From IMG/VR virus record IMGVR_UViG_3300029131_000181: DNA of 64,000 bases; one strand, given 5' to 3'. Under the pieces are notes generated by a model that saw nothing but the letters and a program-made list of their open reading frames with translations, had not been told where the DNA came from and searched no databases. The stretch comes from a virus. A program made the translations under genes and the position numbers. How positions within the stretch are numbered: the stretch's first letter is position 1; each line of letters opens with the position of its first letter. Shown here piece after piece: positions 53,107 to 62,480 of this stretch.

Positions 53107-54504
53107 TTAAGATACTTTTTCCCATGCGGGATGTATGGAATCTGCTGCTTTTACAATTTTGAGTTTTTTAAGGCTCGCGGATTTTTGACCGTTTTTTGCG
53201 GGTGCTTTGAATTCTACATTTACGGCACCCTTTTTATTGGTATGAGTGCCATGCACAATGAGAACTTTTCCGTTGAGAGAGACTAAATCACCCGGATTAA
53301 GGTTTACCTTTTTGCGTAATAGAGCGCGATGCCCTGCGTATGTCCTCTTGCCACGATATTTGTGCAGGTTTTCCGAATCCTTTTTATGGCTGCGGCTGAT
53401 TCTACCGTTGAAGAGTTTTTTTCCGGTAGCTATTTCTCCTGTACGAATGTCAATGTAGCGAGAATCATAAAACTTTTCAAGGATGCGATTATTACGCCTT
53501 ACCTTTTCATAATGTTCAAACGTACAGCGGCAGTTTGGATGAAACTCGCCCATTGCATATGCATCATTATTATGACTCTTTTCAAGATGAAGCGCGATAC
53601 GTTTTTCTTTTGTCATTGCGCCATAAGTGACGGTGACAAAATCTTTTCCAAAAGCAGCATAGAGTTCATTGACAATTTGCCACCTAACGGTGTTCATAAA
53701 AGCCGCACCGGAAAGGTCGGCAAACTTTACATTTTCTCCGAAGCCATAAAGCTTACCGCTTTTTTGGTGATTGGCAGGCGTATGGCACTTTTCGCATACC
53801 GTTAGAAGTTCGTCCAGACTGTTGCCGTGACGACCTTTCCAGTAGAACATATGATGCATATGTAAAATCGCACCTTCTGTAGCTTTACGCCCACAAACCT
53901 TACAGACATAGTTATCGCGGTAAAATACCGCTTCCCGCAAGGTTGCCAAGTTGTAGCGGGGACCTTTCTGGTAGTCTACACCTTCCGGTTTTGATTCGCC
54001 TTTCTGGATGGCTTGCAGCAACATTGTGTCGAAAGAACCAACCTCAACCGTTGCATGAGTAATGGGCATTACCGCACAATACATCTTAACAACGTTGACA
54101 TTGAGTTCTTTCTTATGTCTCAAAGATGGAGCAAGCCAACTCTCGCCGCGTTTGCGATTATCGAAACGCGGTTTACGGTAGCGCAGTCTGTTTCTTCGGG
54201 AACGACGCATCTTGCGACAATCATCGTGATGTTCCTTCTCATCCTGTAATGTATCATACTGCGCAGATACATACTCGTGAGATTGACTTTTCACACTGAT
54301 GCCGATGTAGTTGTAGCCAACATCCTCACAGATTTCGATGGGTTGTGTGTTTGTTTTGCTGTCATACAGCAGCTGGATGGTAAAAGGATGATGCTTAACG
54401 ATTTTTGCTTTTCCGTCTTTCAAGAGGCGGCGTACCTTGCCAAGACGGAAGGTAGGCATTAAGCGTTCACCACTGTTGCTGAGAACGCAAACGCAAGTGC
54501 TCAT
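53107..54504 (-). CDS. iscB: IscB (OMEGA RNA-guided nuclease, Cas9 ancestor)
   Basis: N-terminal PLMP-domain motif (GERLMPTFRLGKVRRLL). HNH CKVCGRK...HMHHMFYWKGRHGNSLDELLTVCEKCH. RuvC-III NNDAYAMGEF. 465 aa. Confidence 0.85.
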   Translation of the reverse strand: MSTCVCVLSNSGERLMPTFRLGKVRRLLKDGKAKIVKHHPFTIQLLYDSKTNTQPIEICEDVGYNYIGISVKSQSHEYVSAQYDTLQDEKEHHDDCRKMRRSRRNRLRYRKPRFDNRKRGESWLAPSLRHKKELNVNVVKMYCAVMPITHATVEVGSFDTMLLQAIQKGESKPEGVDYQKGPRYNLATLREAVFYRDNYVCKVCGRKATEGAILHMHHMFYWKGRHGNSLDELLTVCEKCHTPANHQKSGKLYGFGENVKFADLSGAAFMNTVRWQIVNELYAAFGKDFVTVTYGAMTKEKRIALHLEKSHNNDAYAMGEFHPNCRCTFEHYEKVRRNNRILEKFYDSRYIDIRTGEIATGKKLFNGRISRSHKKDSENLHKYRGKRTYAGHRALLRKKVNLNPGDLVSLNGKVLIVHGTHTNKKGAVNVEFKAPAKNGQKSASLKKLKIVKAADSIHPAWEKVS

Positions 54505-54883
54505 GCAAGATACTCCTTTCGTTAAATAGTAATGAAACTATAAGTCAGGGCTTGCGCCCCGTGGTCCACTTCGCCAATGTTATGCACTGTTTTAGCCTTT
54601 CGGCATGGCTTACGCACTTCTCCTACCCTTAGAGATGTTTAACGTAATATGTATCAACGGCTTGCACCATTGACACATACGCTGCCCGCAGAGCCCGACA
54701 CTTGTGGAGCATATCGGGGTGCCTATATTATTAGTACACAACGTAGTTTTCCCCACTGCCGGAGCAATGGGCTTAGGCTAATCAACTGGGCTTACAGGTT
54801 GCCCCGCAAGCCCCGTCTATAACCGGTGAACCGGTTTAGGCGGGGTTGTTGACTCAAGGACGAGCTGCTTGTGATAGCGCAAA
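54505..54883 (-). ncRNA. IscB ωRNA (candidate), encoded immediately upstream of iscB
   Basis: About 370 bp ORF-free GC-rich region with many hairpins (GGGGCTTGCGGGGC..., CCACGGGGCGCAAGCCC...). The architecture is as expected for IscB. The guide would lie at the 54850-54883 end. Confidence 0.5.
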
Positions 54884-55220
54884 GAGTTTTGTCATCCGTT
54901 TTATTTTGGAAATCAACGGTCCAGTAGTAGCCATAGCTGTCATCATAACCCACGTTCTGCAAGATGATGGTACAGGTATCGTTGTCGGCAATCGTCTGTG
55001 GCTGGAAACTCTCATCGAACTGGATGTCGGGTTCAGCCGTTGCATTATCGGCAGCACTACTTGCAGTACTCGTTGAAGAGTCGCTGGTGCTTTCCTCGGG
55101 GGATGCAGCATCAGATGTAGCTGCACTGCTGGCAGCAGTACTGGTAGTGTTAGAGCTGCTACAGGCGGCCAGGGAAAGGGCAAGCAAAGCCGAAAGTGCT
55201 AATGATACAACCTTTTTCAT
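54884..55220 (-). pseudogene. lipoprotein gene, 5' portion (signal peptide + N-terminal domain), interrupted by the IscB element
   Basis: MKKVVSLALSALLALSLAAC lipobox. Homologous to the paralogue up to ...FQNKTDDKTL, then reads into the IS and terminates. Confidence 0.6.
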
Positions 55221-55364
55221 GATTTTCTCCTTTTTTCTTTGTATAAGGCTATTATACATCAAAAGCGCTTCGGCATTTTACTTTTCCAGAACGAAACCTT
55301 TATTTACAAAGTTGCAAACGAAGCCTGGGAAAGTTAATAATTTTAATCGCAGGAGGGCGTCAAA

Positions 55365-56444
55365 TTATTCCGATGTTGTCACGGAATTTGTCTGAGGGTT
55401 AATAGTGAAAGTCTCATCTACATAGATGTCCCGAGTGCTGGAATTGTTTATAACGATTGGCATCACCATTTTGGTGACAGAGGTGGGGTCTTTACCGTTG
55501 GCCTCATAAGTATCTAAATAATCGTAATAGTAGATGTCTACATAGGCATTAGTGTGCGCATCAATTCCCATTGTATCTGTTTCAGGGAAGCACTCAAAGC
55601 CATTTATGGAACCTCCACTTCTAAAGGCAAACATGATTTCTTTATCCGTCTTGTTTTCTATGTAAGCTTTGGCCGTATAACCGTGTAGGCCGTTGGGGTC
55701 AAATCCACAAATCATCAGGGCGCAAGCGTCATTGTCGGCCAGTACGAGGTCTGTGGGTTGGGTTTCATGCTTTGGCTCGGTTGCGTTTTCTTCCCCTTTT
55801 GGATAAACCACGAAATCGTCATCAACAAAGTCATGCCGTGGGATAACATCATAATCTAATTCGTTATAGACATCGAGATAAAAACTTACCGTATTGATAT
55901 CCTGCGGATTGATGTTATAAATTTTAAGCCCGGAACTTTCCCAATGATGAATCTCCGTTTCCTCTTGACCAGGTTCAACACTCGTAAGCCAAAGGCTCGC
56001 ACCCACGCCATTCAATGTGCAGTCATCAAACGAGTAACCGAGTTTTTTATCTGATGTCTTATTCTTGAAATAAAGCTTCCAATAATAGCCGTAATCATCA
56101 TCGTAACCAACGCTCTGCAAGATAATGGTGCATTCTTCATTATCAACAAGTGTCTGTGCCTGGAAATCATTATCGTATGTAATTTTGGGTTCGGGGGACG
56201 GCGTAGGTAAATCGCTGCCTGTGCCGTTCCACACCCTTTCATATGTTTTGCCGTCTTCTGTAGTATATGTCTCTCCTACTTTAATCCCGTCAGGGCTGTA
56301 ATCTTGCGTGCTATTGGAAGTGCTATTTGACGAAGCACTTGACTTGGATTCACTTGAGGCTGCAGCAGAACTATCTGCCTTGCCACAGGCAGCCAACGAG
56401 AGGACGAGCAAAGTCGAAAGTGCTAATGATACAACCTTTTTCAT
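55365..56444 (-). CDS. lipoprotein (intact paralogue of the disrupted gene)
   Basis: Signal peptide plus LAAC lipobox. Start refined to MKKVV with AAGGAGAA RBS. 359 aa. Confidence 0.7.
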   Translation of the reverse strand: MKKVVSLALSTLLVLSLAACGKADSSAAASSESKSSASSNSTSNSTQDYSPDGIKVGETYTTEDGKTYERVWNGTGSDLPTPSPEPKITYDNDFQAQTLVDNEECTIILQSVGYDDDYGYYWKLYFKNKTSDKKLGYSFDDCTLNGVGASLWLTSVEPGQEETEIHHWESSGLKIYNINPQDINTVSFYLDVYNELDYDVIPRHDFVDDDFVVYPKGEENATEPKHETQPTDLVLADNDACALMICGFDPNGLHGYTAKAYIENKTDKEIMFAFRSGGSINGFECFPETDTMGIDAHTNAYVDIYYYDYLDTYEANGKDPTSVTKMVMPIVINNSSTRDIYVDETFTINPQTNSVTTSE

Positions 56445-56964
56445 AGTGTTCTCCTTTTTTCTGTTTGTCAGAGCCATTATACACCAAAAGCACTTTGACT
56501 TATTTATTTTGGGAATATTTATCGCCAATTTGAGCGGATTGCACAAATAGCAAGAAGAAAATCAGTGCATATATGCTTCGACATTTTCCTTTCCCCTCTG
56601 CATTTTCCAGAACGAAACTTTTAATGCAGGCTTTCCCAAACGAAACTTTTGGGAGTTGTGATTTGAACTTGACAGCATTTGCGGCAGCTGAGATTTTGCT
56701 ATTCGCCTGTTCCGATTGTCTCACCACAGATACGAAGCAGCGCATTTCGCTTTTGTGAGATACATCTCATATTTGGAAAGGCTGCGACAAAATTCTGAGG
56801 TTTCAGCGGCTCGCTTGCGACATTTTTCCAACTTTTTGGGCAGCAAAAAAGCCCTACCAGAATGGTAGAGTCTTTGCATGTTTTCTTTCGGTCATACGAG
56901 TAGGAAGCGTCATTTATCCGATATTCTTTCGCGCAAAAAAATGAACTTGCTTCGAGGTGAAGCG

Positions 56965-57005
56965 TAGCAAGTGCTTAGCAAGTTTTTAGCAAGTTCGTAG
57001 CAAGT
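56965..57005. repeat. four perfect TAGCAAGT repeats at exact 11 bp phasing (plus two degenerate copies to 57028)
   Basis: Copies at 56965, 56976, 56987 and 56998, in the 560 bp intergenic region upstream of the lipoprotein gene. Confidence 0.6.
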
Positions 57006-57039
57006 ATGCAACAAGCTCATGACAAGTACAATGTCTACT

Positions 57040-57082
57040 TTTCCGTAGCAAAAAGAAAAGCCACCAAACGATTTTACTCGCT
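57040..57082 (-). terminator. intrinsic terminator after the GIY-YIG/helicase gene
   Basis: GCCGCCAAGCG-aguaaaau-CGUUUGGUGGC hairpin (with G·U pairs) plus UUUUCUUUUU in minus orientation. Confidence 0.45.
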
Positions 57083-57111
57083 TGGCGGCTTAGCTATATT
57101 CCTATACTGTT

Positions 57112-60100
57112 TTATCCAAATAACTCATCCAGCTTTTCGCTCAACGTCCCATCCTTTGCATAAGGCAATGCATCGCACATACGAAAGTTATACTGCTTTC
57201 CGTTATGCTCCTCAGAGAACCCAAGAATATAGTTGGTTGCAATGCGATAAATAATTTCGGACGGAGCCAGACCGTAGACCTGCTTTTCAAAGATGTGTTC
57301 GAGCCGCTCCTTGGAGTTCGGGAACGCAGCTTTCATGCCTTCGCTCTGGTACAGACGCTTCACGATTTCGGTAATGTACAGGCCCGATTTCATGTACAGG
57401 TCAATAAAGGTCTTGTCCGGGTCATTAAAGCATCCGGGATTTTCTTCTTCCAAAAGCGATACCATCTTTGCCACGGTTGCTTTCGGGGTAAAGATTTGGT
57501 TCGTGCGCTGCGGCGGAATGTAGTCGAAGATGTCCTTTTCGTTCGCCGGGTCAAAATAGTTTGCCAGTTCACGCTTTAACCGCAGGAACTCTTTGATGGA
57601 ATCATCAAACACGACTTCATCAAACAGCTTCCCGTCAAAGTGCTTCGTTTCGCCTGTGGCGGTATCCTTGTAATCACCGCCATCGCGCAGGAAACGGAAC
57701 TGCTCCAGCGTGATGCTGGTGACTTCTTGGAAAACTTCATCGGGAACGATTTGGTCGAAGTTGGCAAGAGTGGTATCCTCTGTGCCATAGGCCATCAGAA
57801 ATGACGGTATCGTGCGGGCAAAACCGCGTAGATGGTCGCGGATGGTATCTTCCACATCGTTCTTTTTGCGTTCCTCGATTTGTGTCTCATAGCTGCGGAC
57901 AGTCTCTTTGGCGGCATCTTCCACGAAGCTGCTGACCGTATCATTCAAAGCTGTTTTCAGCTTTTCAGTAGCCTCTGCCTTTTTCTGGTCGAATTCCTGA
58001 TTGATTTTTGCCTGTTCGTGGGGCGCAGCAGCAGCCAACTGCTCATGGCGTTCTTTTTCGATTTGGTTGGTTTCGATACGATAGTCGCCGTAAGTCCGCG
58101 CCACCAAACGGTCCGCATCCTCGCCCAGCTTCTTCTCTACACGCTTGGCATCCGATGCCTTAATTTCCGAGTCATAATTGGAGGTGGCAGCAGCCACGAT
58201 GGGTTTAACAGCCTGCGCCTTGAAAGCCTCCTGCAACGCTTCCAGCGCCTTATCCTTGGGCTGGTTGTCAACGGCGACTTTATCAATAGCCTGCGTGACC
58301 TGCTCGCTGACAGTCTCATAGATTTTATCGCCAAAAATATCATCGGCCAAACCGATAACATAGCCCTCATCTACTTCGACATCGCCGTTTTCATCAACAT
58401 GGACGCGGTCCAAATCTTCTTTCTTGACTTCCTGCTTTTTCGGTTCGTCCACAGGGGTGAACTTTGTAATAATGTTCACAACCGCCTGCGGAGCACCGAA
58501 GATGTTGGAAATGTTCTGGAACAGATAATTGGACATAAATCCGCGATTCACAACTTCTGTGGAGCGAATCTTTCGCGGAATAGAAAGTACCTTTTCGGCA
58601 TCCAGTTCCACCATTTCGCCGTCTTCATCCTCGCCGATGACCGGGAAGAAGTTCAGCAGTTCCTTGATGTGCTTTTTGCGGGTTTCGGTATCACCGCGAC
58701 CATCGGAAGTGCTGGCATACAGGTCGTTCGCGAACTCCTCAAAAATCATAAGAGTTCGCGCAGGGTCGAAGTCGAAGATATAAGCATTCTCCTTGCGGTA
58801 GAACTTGCCTTTGTCGTGGAACAAGCACGGATTCTGCGCACGGAACGCCGCCTGCATATACAGGGATGCACTCTTGATGCTGCTCAGCATCAGCACAGCA
58901 GTCCATTCTGGAATCGTAACGCCCGTGGTGAGCTGTCCGACAGACAGTGTAATTGTCTTGTCGTTCTGGGCGATAGCCTCGGTCACGCTGTCAAACGCTT
59001 TCTTGGCAGAATCATCATCGTTCAATCTACCGTCACCCACTGCCGCGACGACCTTGTAATCCTTGAAAACAGGATGGTTGTTCAGCTTGCGGGCTAGAGC
59101 CTTGGCGCTGTCCACACGGTTCAGCAGCCAAAGCGTATGCTTTAATTCATCGCGTAATTCCGGTGTGGAGAACGGGAACTTAGTCTGTGTAGTCAGCGCA
59201 TCAAGGAACTTGTCCACAGCGCTGTCATGCACAAAGTTTCCGGCCTGATTGACTGCAAAAAACTCATTTAGGTCAAACGCCCATTCTTCTGTCTCGCCGT
59301 TGATTTCAATGCCCTGCTTCAGTTCATCCCGAACGACCTCGGACATCTGATAGGTGAACATATTGAGCTGCGGCAGATTCGCGTAGGGATTCTGCTCGCT
59401 CTGGTCACCCTGCCAATCGCGTTTTTTCTTCTGCTCGTCGGCATAGGTCCAGTTATAGATGGCGTCCTCTTTGAATTTTTCGCTGGCAATGGCCTTAAAC
59501 GGCGTGCCGGACAGATGCAGCGTAAAGTTGCGGTCAATATGGTCGAACGCCACATCCGTCTTGTAGGTATCTACGCCCTCGTGGGCTTCGTCAATAATCA
59601 GAACATCCCAATGAATGTCATTGACTTCTTTCAGCTTTTCAAATTCACCGCCAAAGTAAATGGAGCCTTTGAGGTCCTGCAAGCTGACGAACTCGATGCA
59701 CTTGTAGTCGTCGTTGTTCAGCATATCCAGATACTGATTGCGGCTCACAACAAAAGGCTTCCCCTGCAGGGAGCTGGTATCGCTCACAAACAGATACCCG
59801 GAATCGGGACCGAGGAACTTCTCGTAGTCGGAATACCACGAGTTTGCAATCGCAGGGCGGTTCGTCACGATAAGGACCGTGTCTGCGTCCATCTGTTTGC
59901 AAAGCTCATAGGCCGTAAGTGTTTTGCCGAAGCGCGGCTTTGCGTTCCAGAGGTATTCACCCTTGGTATGCAGGCGGCTGTAATTCAGCGTTTTCTCTAC
60001 CGCATCCTCCTGCTCCTCACGCAGATTATACGGGGTTGCGGCGGTCAGCGATTGCAAAATACCGCGATTCGCACGGAAATCATAGAAGTGGTTGCGGGAA

Positions 60101-60408
60101 ACAGGCCCCGTCACATGGAACCATTCGTTCTTGGGGTCGTTCTCAATGTTCAGCTTGCGCAGATAGCGGTGGAAATCTTTATCGGTAAATGTATCGCCGG
60201 AGCCATCCTCGAATGTAGCATTGCCGCGCCATTCTTCTTTGTATTCCACATCGGCAGTATGGGTCTGCTGGCTCAATCGCTTGTCTACATCCTGCTCGGT
60301 GTAGCCGATTTTCGTCCAACCGTTATGGCGGGCAATCTCAGGAGTGGTATAGGCATAAATCATCGGAACAACGCGGTCCGTTGTTTTGATGACGATTTTA
60401 GTGCTCAT
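57112..60408 (-). CDS. GIY-YIG nuclease + SF2 helicase fusion with C-terminal methyltransferase-N-half-like region (1098 aa)
   Basis: N-terminal PMIYAYTT...GWTKIGYTEQDVDKRL (GIY-YIG-like). Walker A KPRFGKT. DEAH LIIDEAHEG. C-terminal NQIFTPKATVAKMVSLL...DPDKTF and QVYGLAPSEIIYRIATNYIL resemble γ-class MTase motifs X, I and II. Confidence 0.7.
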   Translation of the reverse strand: MSTKIVIKTTDRVVPMIYAYTTPEIARHNGWTKIGYTEQDVDKRLSQQTHTADVEYKEEWRGNATFEDGSGDTFTDKDFHRYLRKLNIENDPKNEWFHVTGPVSRNHFYDFRANRGILQSLTAATPYNLREEQEDAVEKTLNYSRLHTKGEYLWNAKPRFGKTLTAYELCKQMDADTVLIVTNRPAIANSWYSDYEKFLGPDSGYLFVSDTSSLQGKPFVVSRNQYLDMLNNDDYKCIEFVSLQDLKGSIYFGGEFEKLKEVNDIHWDVLIIDEAHEGVDTYKTDVAFDHIDRNFTLHLSGTPFKAIASEKFKEDAIYNWTYADEQKKKRDWQGDQSEQNPYANLPQLNMFTYQMSEVVRDELKQGIEINGETEEWAFDLNEFFAVNQAGNFVHDSAVDKFLDALTTQTKFPFSTPELRDELKHTLWLLNRVDSAKALARKLNNHPVFKDYKVVAAVGDGRLNDDDSAKKAFDSVTEAIAQNDKTITLSVGQLTTGVTIPEWTAVLMLSSIKSASLYMQAAFRAQNPCLFHDKGKFYRKENAYIFDFDPARTLMIFEEFANDLYASTSDGRGDTETRKKHIKELLNFFPVIGEDEDGEMVELDAEKVLSIPRKIRSTEVVNRGFMSNYLFQNISNIFGAPQAVVNIITKFTPVDEPKKQEVKKEDLDRVHVDENGDVEVDEGYVIGLADDIFGDKIYETVSEQVTQAIDKVAVDNQPKDKALEALQEAFKAQAVKPIVAAATSNYDSEIKASDAKRVEKKLGEDADRLVARTYGDYRIETNQIEKERHEQLAAAAPHEQAKINQEFDQKKAEATEKLKTALNDTVSSFVEDAAKETVRSYETQIEERKKNDVEDTIRDHLRGFARTIPSFLMAYGTEDTTLANFDQIVPDEVFQEVTSITLEQFRFLRDGGDYKDTATGETKHFDGKLFDEVVFDDSIKEFLRLKRELANYFDPANEKDIFDYIPPQRTNQIFTPKATVAKMVSLLEEENPGCFNDPDKTFIDLYMKSGLYITEIVKRLYQSEGMKAAFPNSKERLEHIFEKQVYGLAPSEIIYRIATNYILGFSEEHNGKQYNFRMCDALPYAKDGTLSEKLDELFG

Positions 60409-60409
60409 A

Positions 60410-61438
60410 TTATGCCATCTCCTTTACATGAGATTCGATGAAGTCGATTTCCTGCTGTGAAAGACCATACTTCTTGTATAGTTGCTGGTCAATGTCGCGG
60501 ATGGAAGCCGACCAGTTAATGTCAGAGTTGGGGGTGAAATCTTGTAAAGGAACATTCTTCCATGCAGAAATCGATGTGTGCTGCGTAACTTTTAATGTCC
60601 CAAGCATTGCACGGCAAAACTTTGTCTTTATATATTTCACAACACGCTCTGCTTCATCAGAAGTTTCAAATCGTCCCATGCTGATGAATGTCTGTGTAAA
60701 TCCTACATTCGGGCCTTCAACATGAGGAGGATAAATTGCTTCACCAAATTTACCAATTCCGGTTGCTTCTGGCATGACCGCTTTGTAGTAATTCAAATTG
60801 GTTTTATTGTCTATATATTCTCGTTTAATGTACTTATAAACACGCGCATTATTTACTCGCCCAAGGATTGACACATATTCGCCATTAGCTGGTTTTTGAG
60901 AGTAGAACACTTCTGGAATAGAATCAAAGACATTGGTTTTTACTTCATATTCATTTCCCTTACTGAGTTTTGCCTTTAGTTGCGGATTTTCGTCATGCAT
61001 CAACTGTGTAAATTTATAAGCCACTGGCGAATACACTATTGTGCTAAAAGCAATAAAATCTTCCGCATGAAGTATCTTTTTTGCAATGCCGTTGAGTTCT
61101 GGTTCCTTAAAAAAGTGCTCTATAGGTCCGAAATCTTTTCGCTTGTCACGATAGGTAACTGCGACACCGCCTTTAATATCTGTGTTCGGGAAAATGCTTG
61201 CACTAAGCGGTCTATAGTACAAGACTTTATAATGTGGGTCAGAAAGCATTTTTCTATTCCACTTTTTATCGGTATCACCAGCATCGAACAAAAAACGTGC
61301 CGGATGAATCATTTCGACTACCGTTGCCACTTCGAAGCCAGATTCCAAGAAATAATTATAAACAGAAGGAGCCTTTGTATTATCACCAATACCCGTATCT
61401 TGATACGGAGGGTTGCCAATTGCATAATCGAACTTCAT
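60410..61438 (-). CDS. N6-adenine DNA methyltransferase C-terminal half (motif IV NPPY + target-recognition region)
   Basis: MKFDYAIGNPPYQDTG at the extreme N-terminus. No AdoMet-binding motif I in this ORF. AAAGGAGAAAAG RBS. Confidence 0.7.
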   Translation of the reverse strand: MKFDYAIGNPPYQDTGIGDNTKAPSVYNYFLESGFEVATVVEMIHPARFLFDAGDTDKKWNRKMLSDPHYKVLYYRPLSASIFPNTDIKGGVAVTYRDKRKDFGPIEHFFKEPELNGIAKKILHAEDFIAFSTIVYSPVAYKFTQLMHDENPQLKAKLSKGNEYEVKTNVFDSIPEVFYSQKPANGEYVSILGRVNNARVYKYIKREYIDNKTNLNYYKAVMPEATGIGKFGEAIYPPHVEGPNVGFTQTFISMGRFETSDEAERVVKYIKTKFCRAMLGTLKVTQHTSISAWKNVPLQDFTPNSDINWSASIRDIDQQLYKKYGLSQQEIDFIESHVKEMA

Positions 61439-61442
61439 ATCG

Positions 61443-62438
61443 TCACTTTTCTCCTTTCATTTGGTTGTAAGAAATTGTCCGCATAGCACGCCAATCACGG
61501 ATTTTACATTCGTATTTCTTATTTTGCTTAGCCGCCTCATCGAACAGTGTTTCCTGTTCAAAATCACTTGCAAACAGGGATAGCTGCTCGTAGTCGTCTG
61601 ATATGTACAGTTCTTTGCCCGGAATCGTCCCTTTTAGGCCGTCCATCTGCCATATGTTCCAGCAGATTACATTGGCAATCTGGTTCAGTTCCTTGGCAGT
61701 CGGCTCCCGCTGCCATCGCTCCTGCATATAGTCCACGAAGGTCATCAGCAGGTTGATACGGGCAACAAGCAGGTTGTCACCCTGATATTCGTAGCCGTAG
61801 GTACTTTCAAAGGCTCGCCGCGTCCATTTCAGCCAGTCAGCCTCATTATTGGTATTCTCGTTTACGACCCGCAGCTTTCTGTCCAGAATCCCAATTCTGT
61901 TTTCAATCGGAAGTTCTTCGCCGGTAGCGGCATCATAGCGGGATACCAAATAAGGGGCCTCGCCGCAGGTGATTTCCAGCCGCCGAGAATCAACATACCG
62001 CTGCCAATCCCGTTCTTTCTCAAAGTAAACAGGCTCTTTCGTTGGCTCCCAGTGTTCACCGTTCAGCGTATTAAATACGTTCTCGCGTCCAAACCAATCG
62101 TCATCGCATTTATTGTTCATATAGCAGACGACCCAAGAGGGCGTAAAGACCTCGGCTTTGGATTTCGTTCTTGCCGCCTGTTCTTCTTCCGCTTTCAAAA
62201 TGCGCGGCTGGATAAGATTGGCATATACCCCGGAAATCAGCTCCGGCGTGATTTGATTATCCTGCCGATAGCCATCGCCGTATCGTTCATAAGTATTTGT
62301 TGCCCAGATTATATTTTCACCTGTCGTCTTATCTTCCAGCAGAAACCGCATTGCCGTTCTGACCGGATAAGAATACAGGTCAATCAGTTTGCCCAGATGT
62401 GCCACCCCCGCGCAGCGCAGGAAGCAGCCAGAACCCAT
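61443..62438 (-). CDS. DNA methyltransferase N-terminal half (motifs X and I)
   Basis: KAEVFTPSWVVCYM (motif X FTP) and RRLEITCGEAPYLVS (motif I-like (D/E)xxCGxxxYL). The start codon is uncertain because a hairpin directly abuts ATG 62438. Confidence 0.55.
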   Translation of the reverse strand: MGSGCFLRCAGVAHLGKLIDLYSYPVRTAMRFLLEDKTTGENIIWATNTYERYGDGYRQDNQITPELISGVYANLIQPRILKAEEEQAARTKSKAEVFTPSWVVCYMNNKCDDDWFGRENVFNTLNGEHWEPTKEPVYFEKERDWQRYVDSRRLEITCGEAPYLVSRYDAATGEELPIENRIGILDRKLRVVNENTNNEADWLKWTRRAFESTYGYEYQGDNLLVARINLLMTFVDYMQERWQREPTAKELNQIANVICWNIWQMDGLKGTIPGKELYISDDYEQLSLFASDFEQETLFDEAAKQNKKYECKIRDWRAMRTISYNQMKGEK

Positions 62439-62440
62439 CC

Positions 62441-62480
62441 TTACGGAGTTCTTCTCCGTAAGGAAAGGGACGTCCCTTTC
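62441..62480. promoter_or_regulatory. hairpin CCTTACGGAG-N5-CTCCGTAAGG followed by the perfect 16 bp palindrome AAAGGGACGTCCCTTT
   Basis: Read directly from the sequence. Located immediately upstream of the MTase N-half ORF. Confidence 0.5.

Larger units (their letters stand above)
52999..54883 (-). mobile_element. IscB-type IS200/IS605-family element (iscB + ωRNA) inserted in a lipoprotein gene
   Basis: The host-gene halves flank the element. The left junction is mapped by divergence from the paralogue after ...GATGACAAAACTC. The right end is approximate (±15 bp). Confidence 0.55.

Noticed and set aside
56965-57028. CRISPR array in any of the repeat regions (TAGCAAGT x4, 34 bp iterons, intragenic 225 bp repeats).
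   Set aside because: Repeats are 8-15 bp with 3-20 bp gaps, or are coding tandem repeats. There are no 25-40 bp repeats separated by unique spacers and no cas genes.
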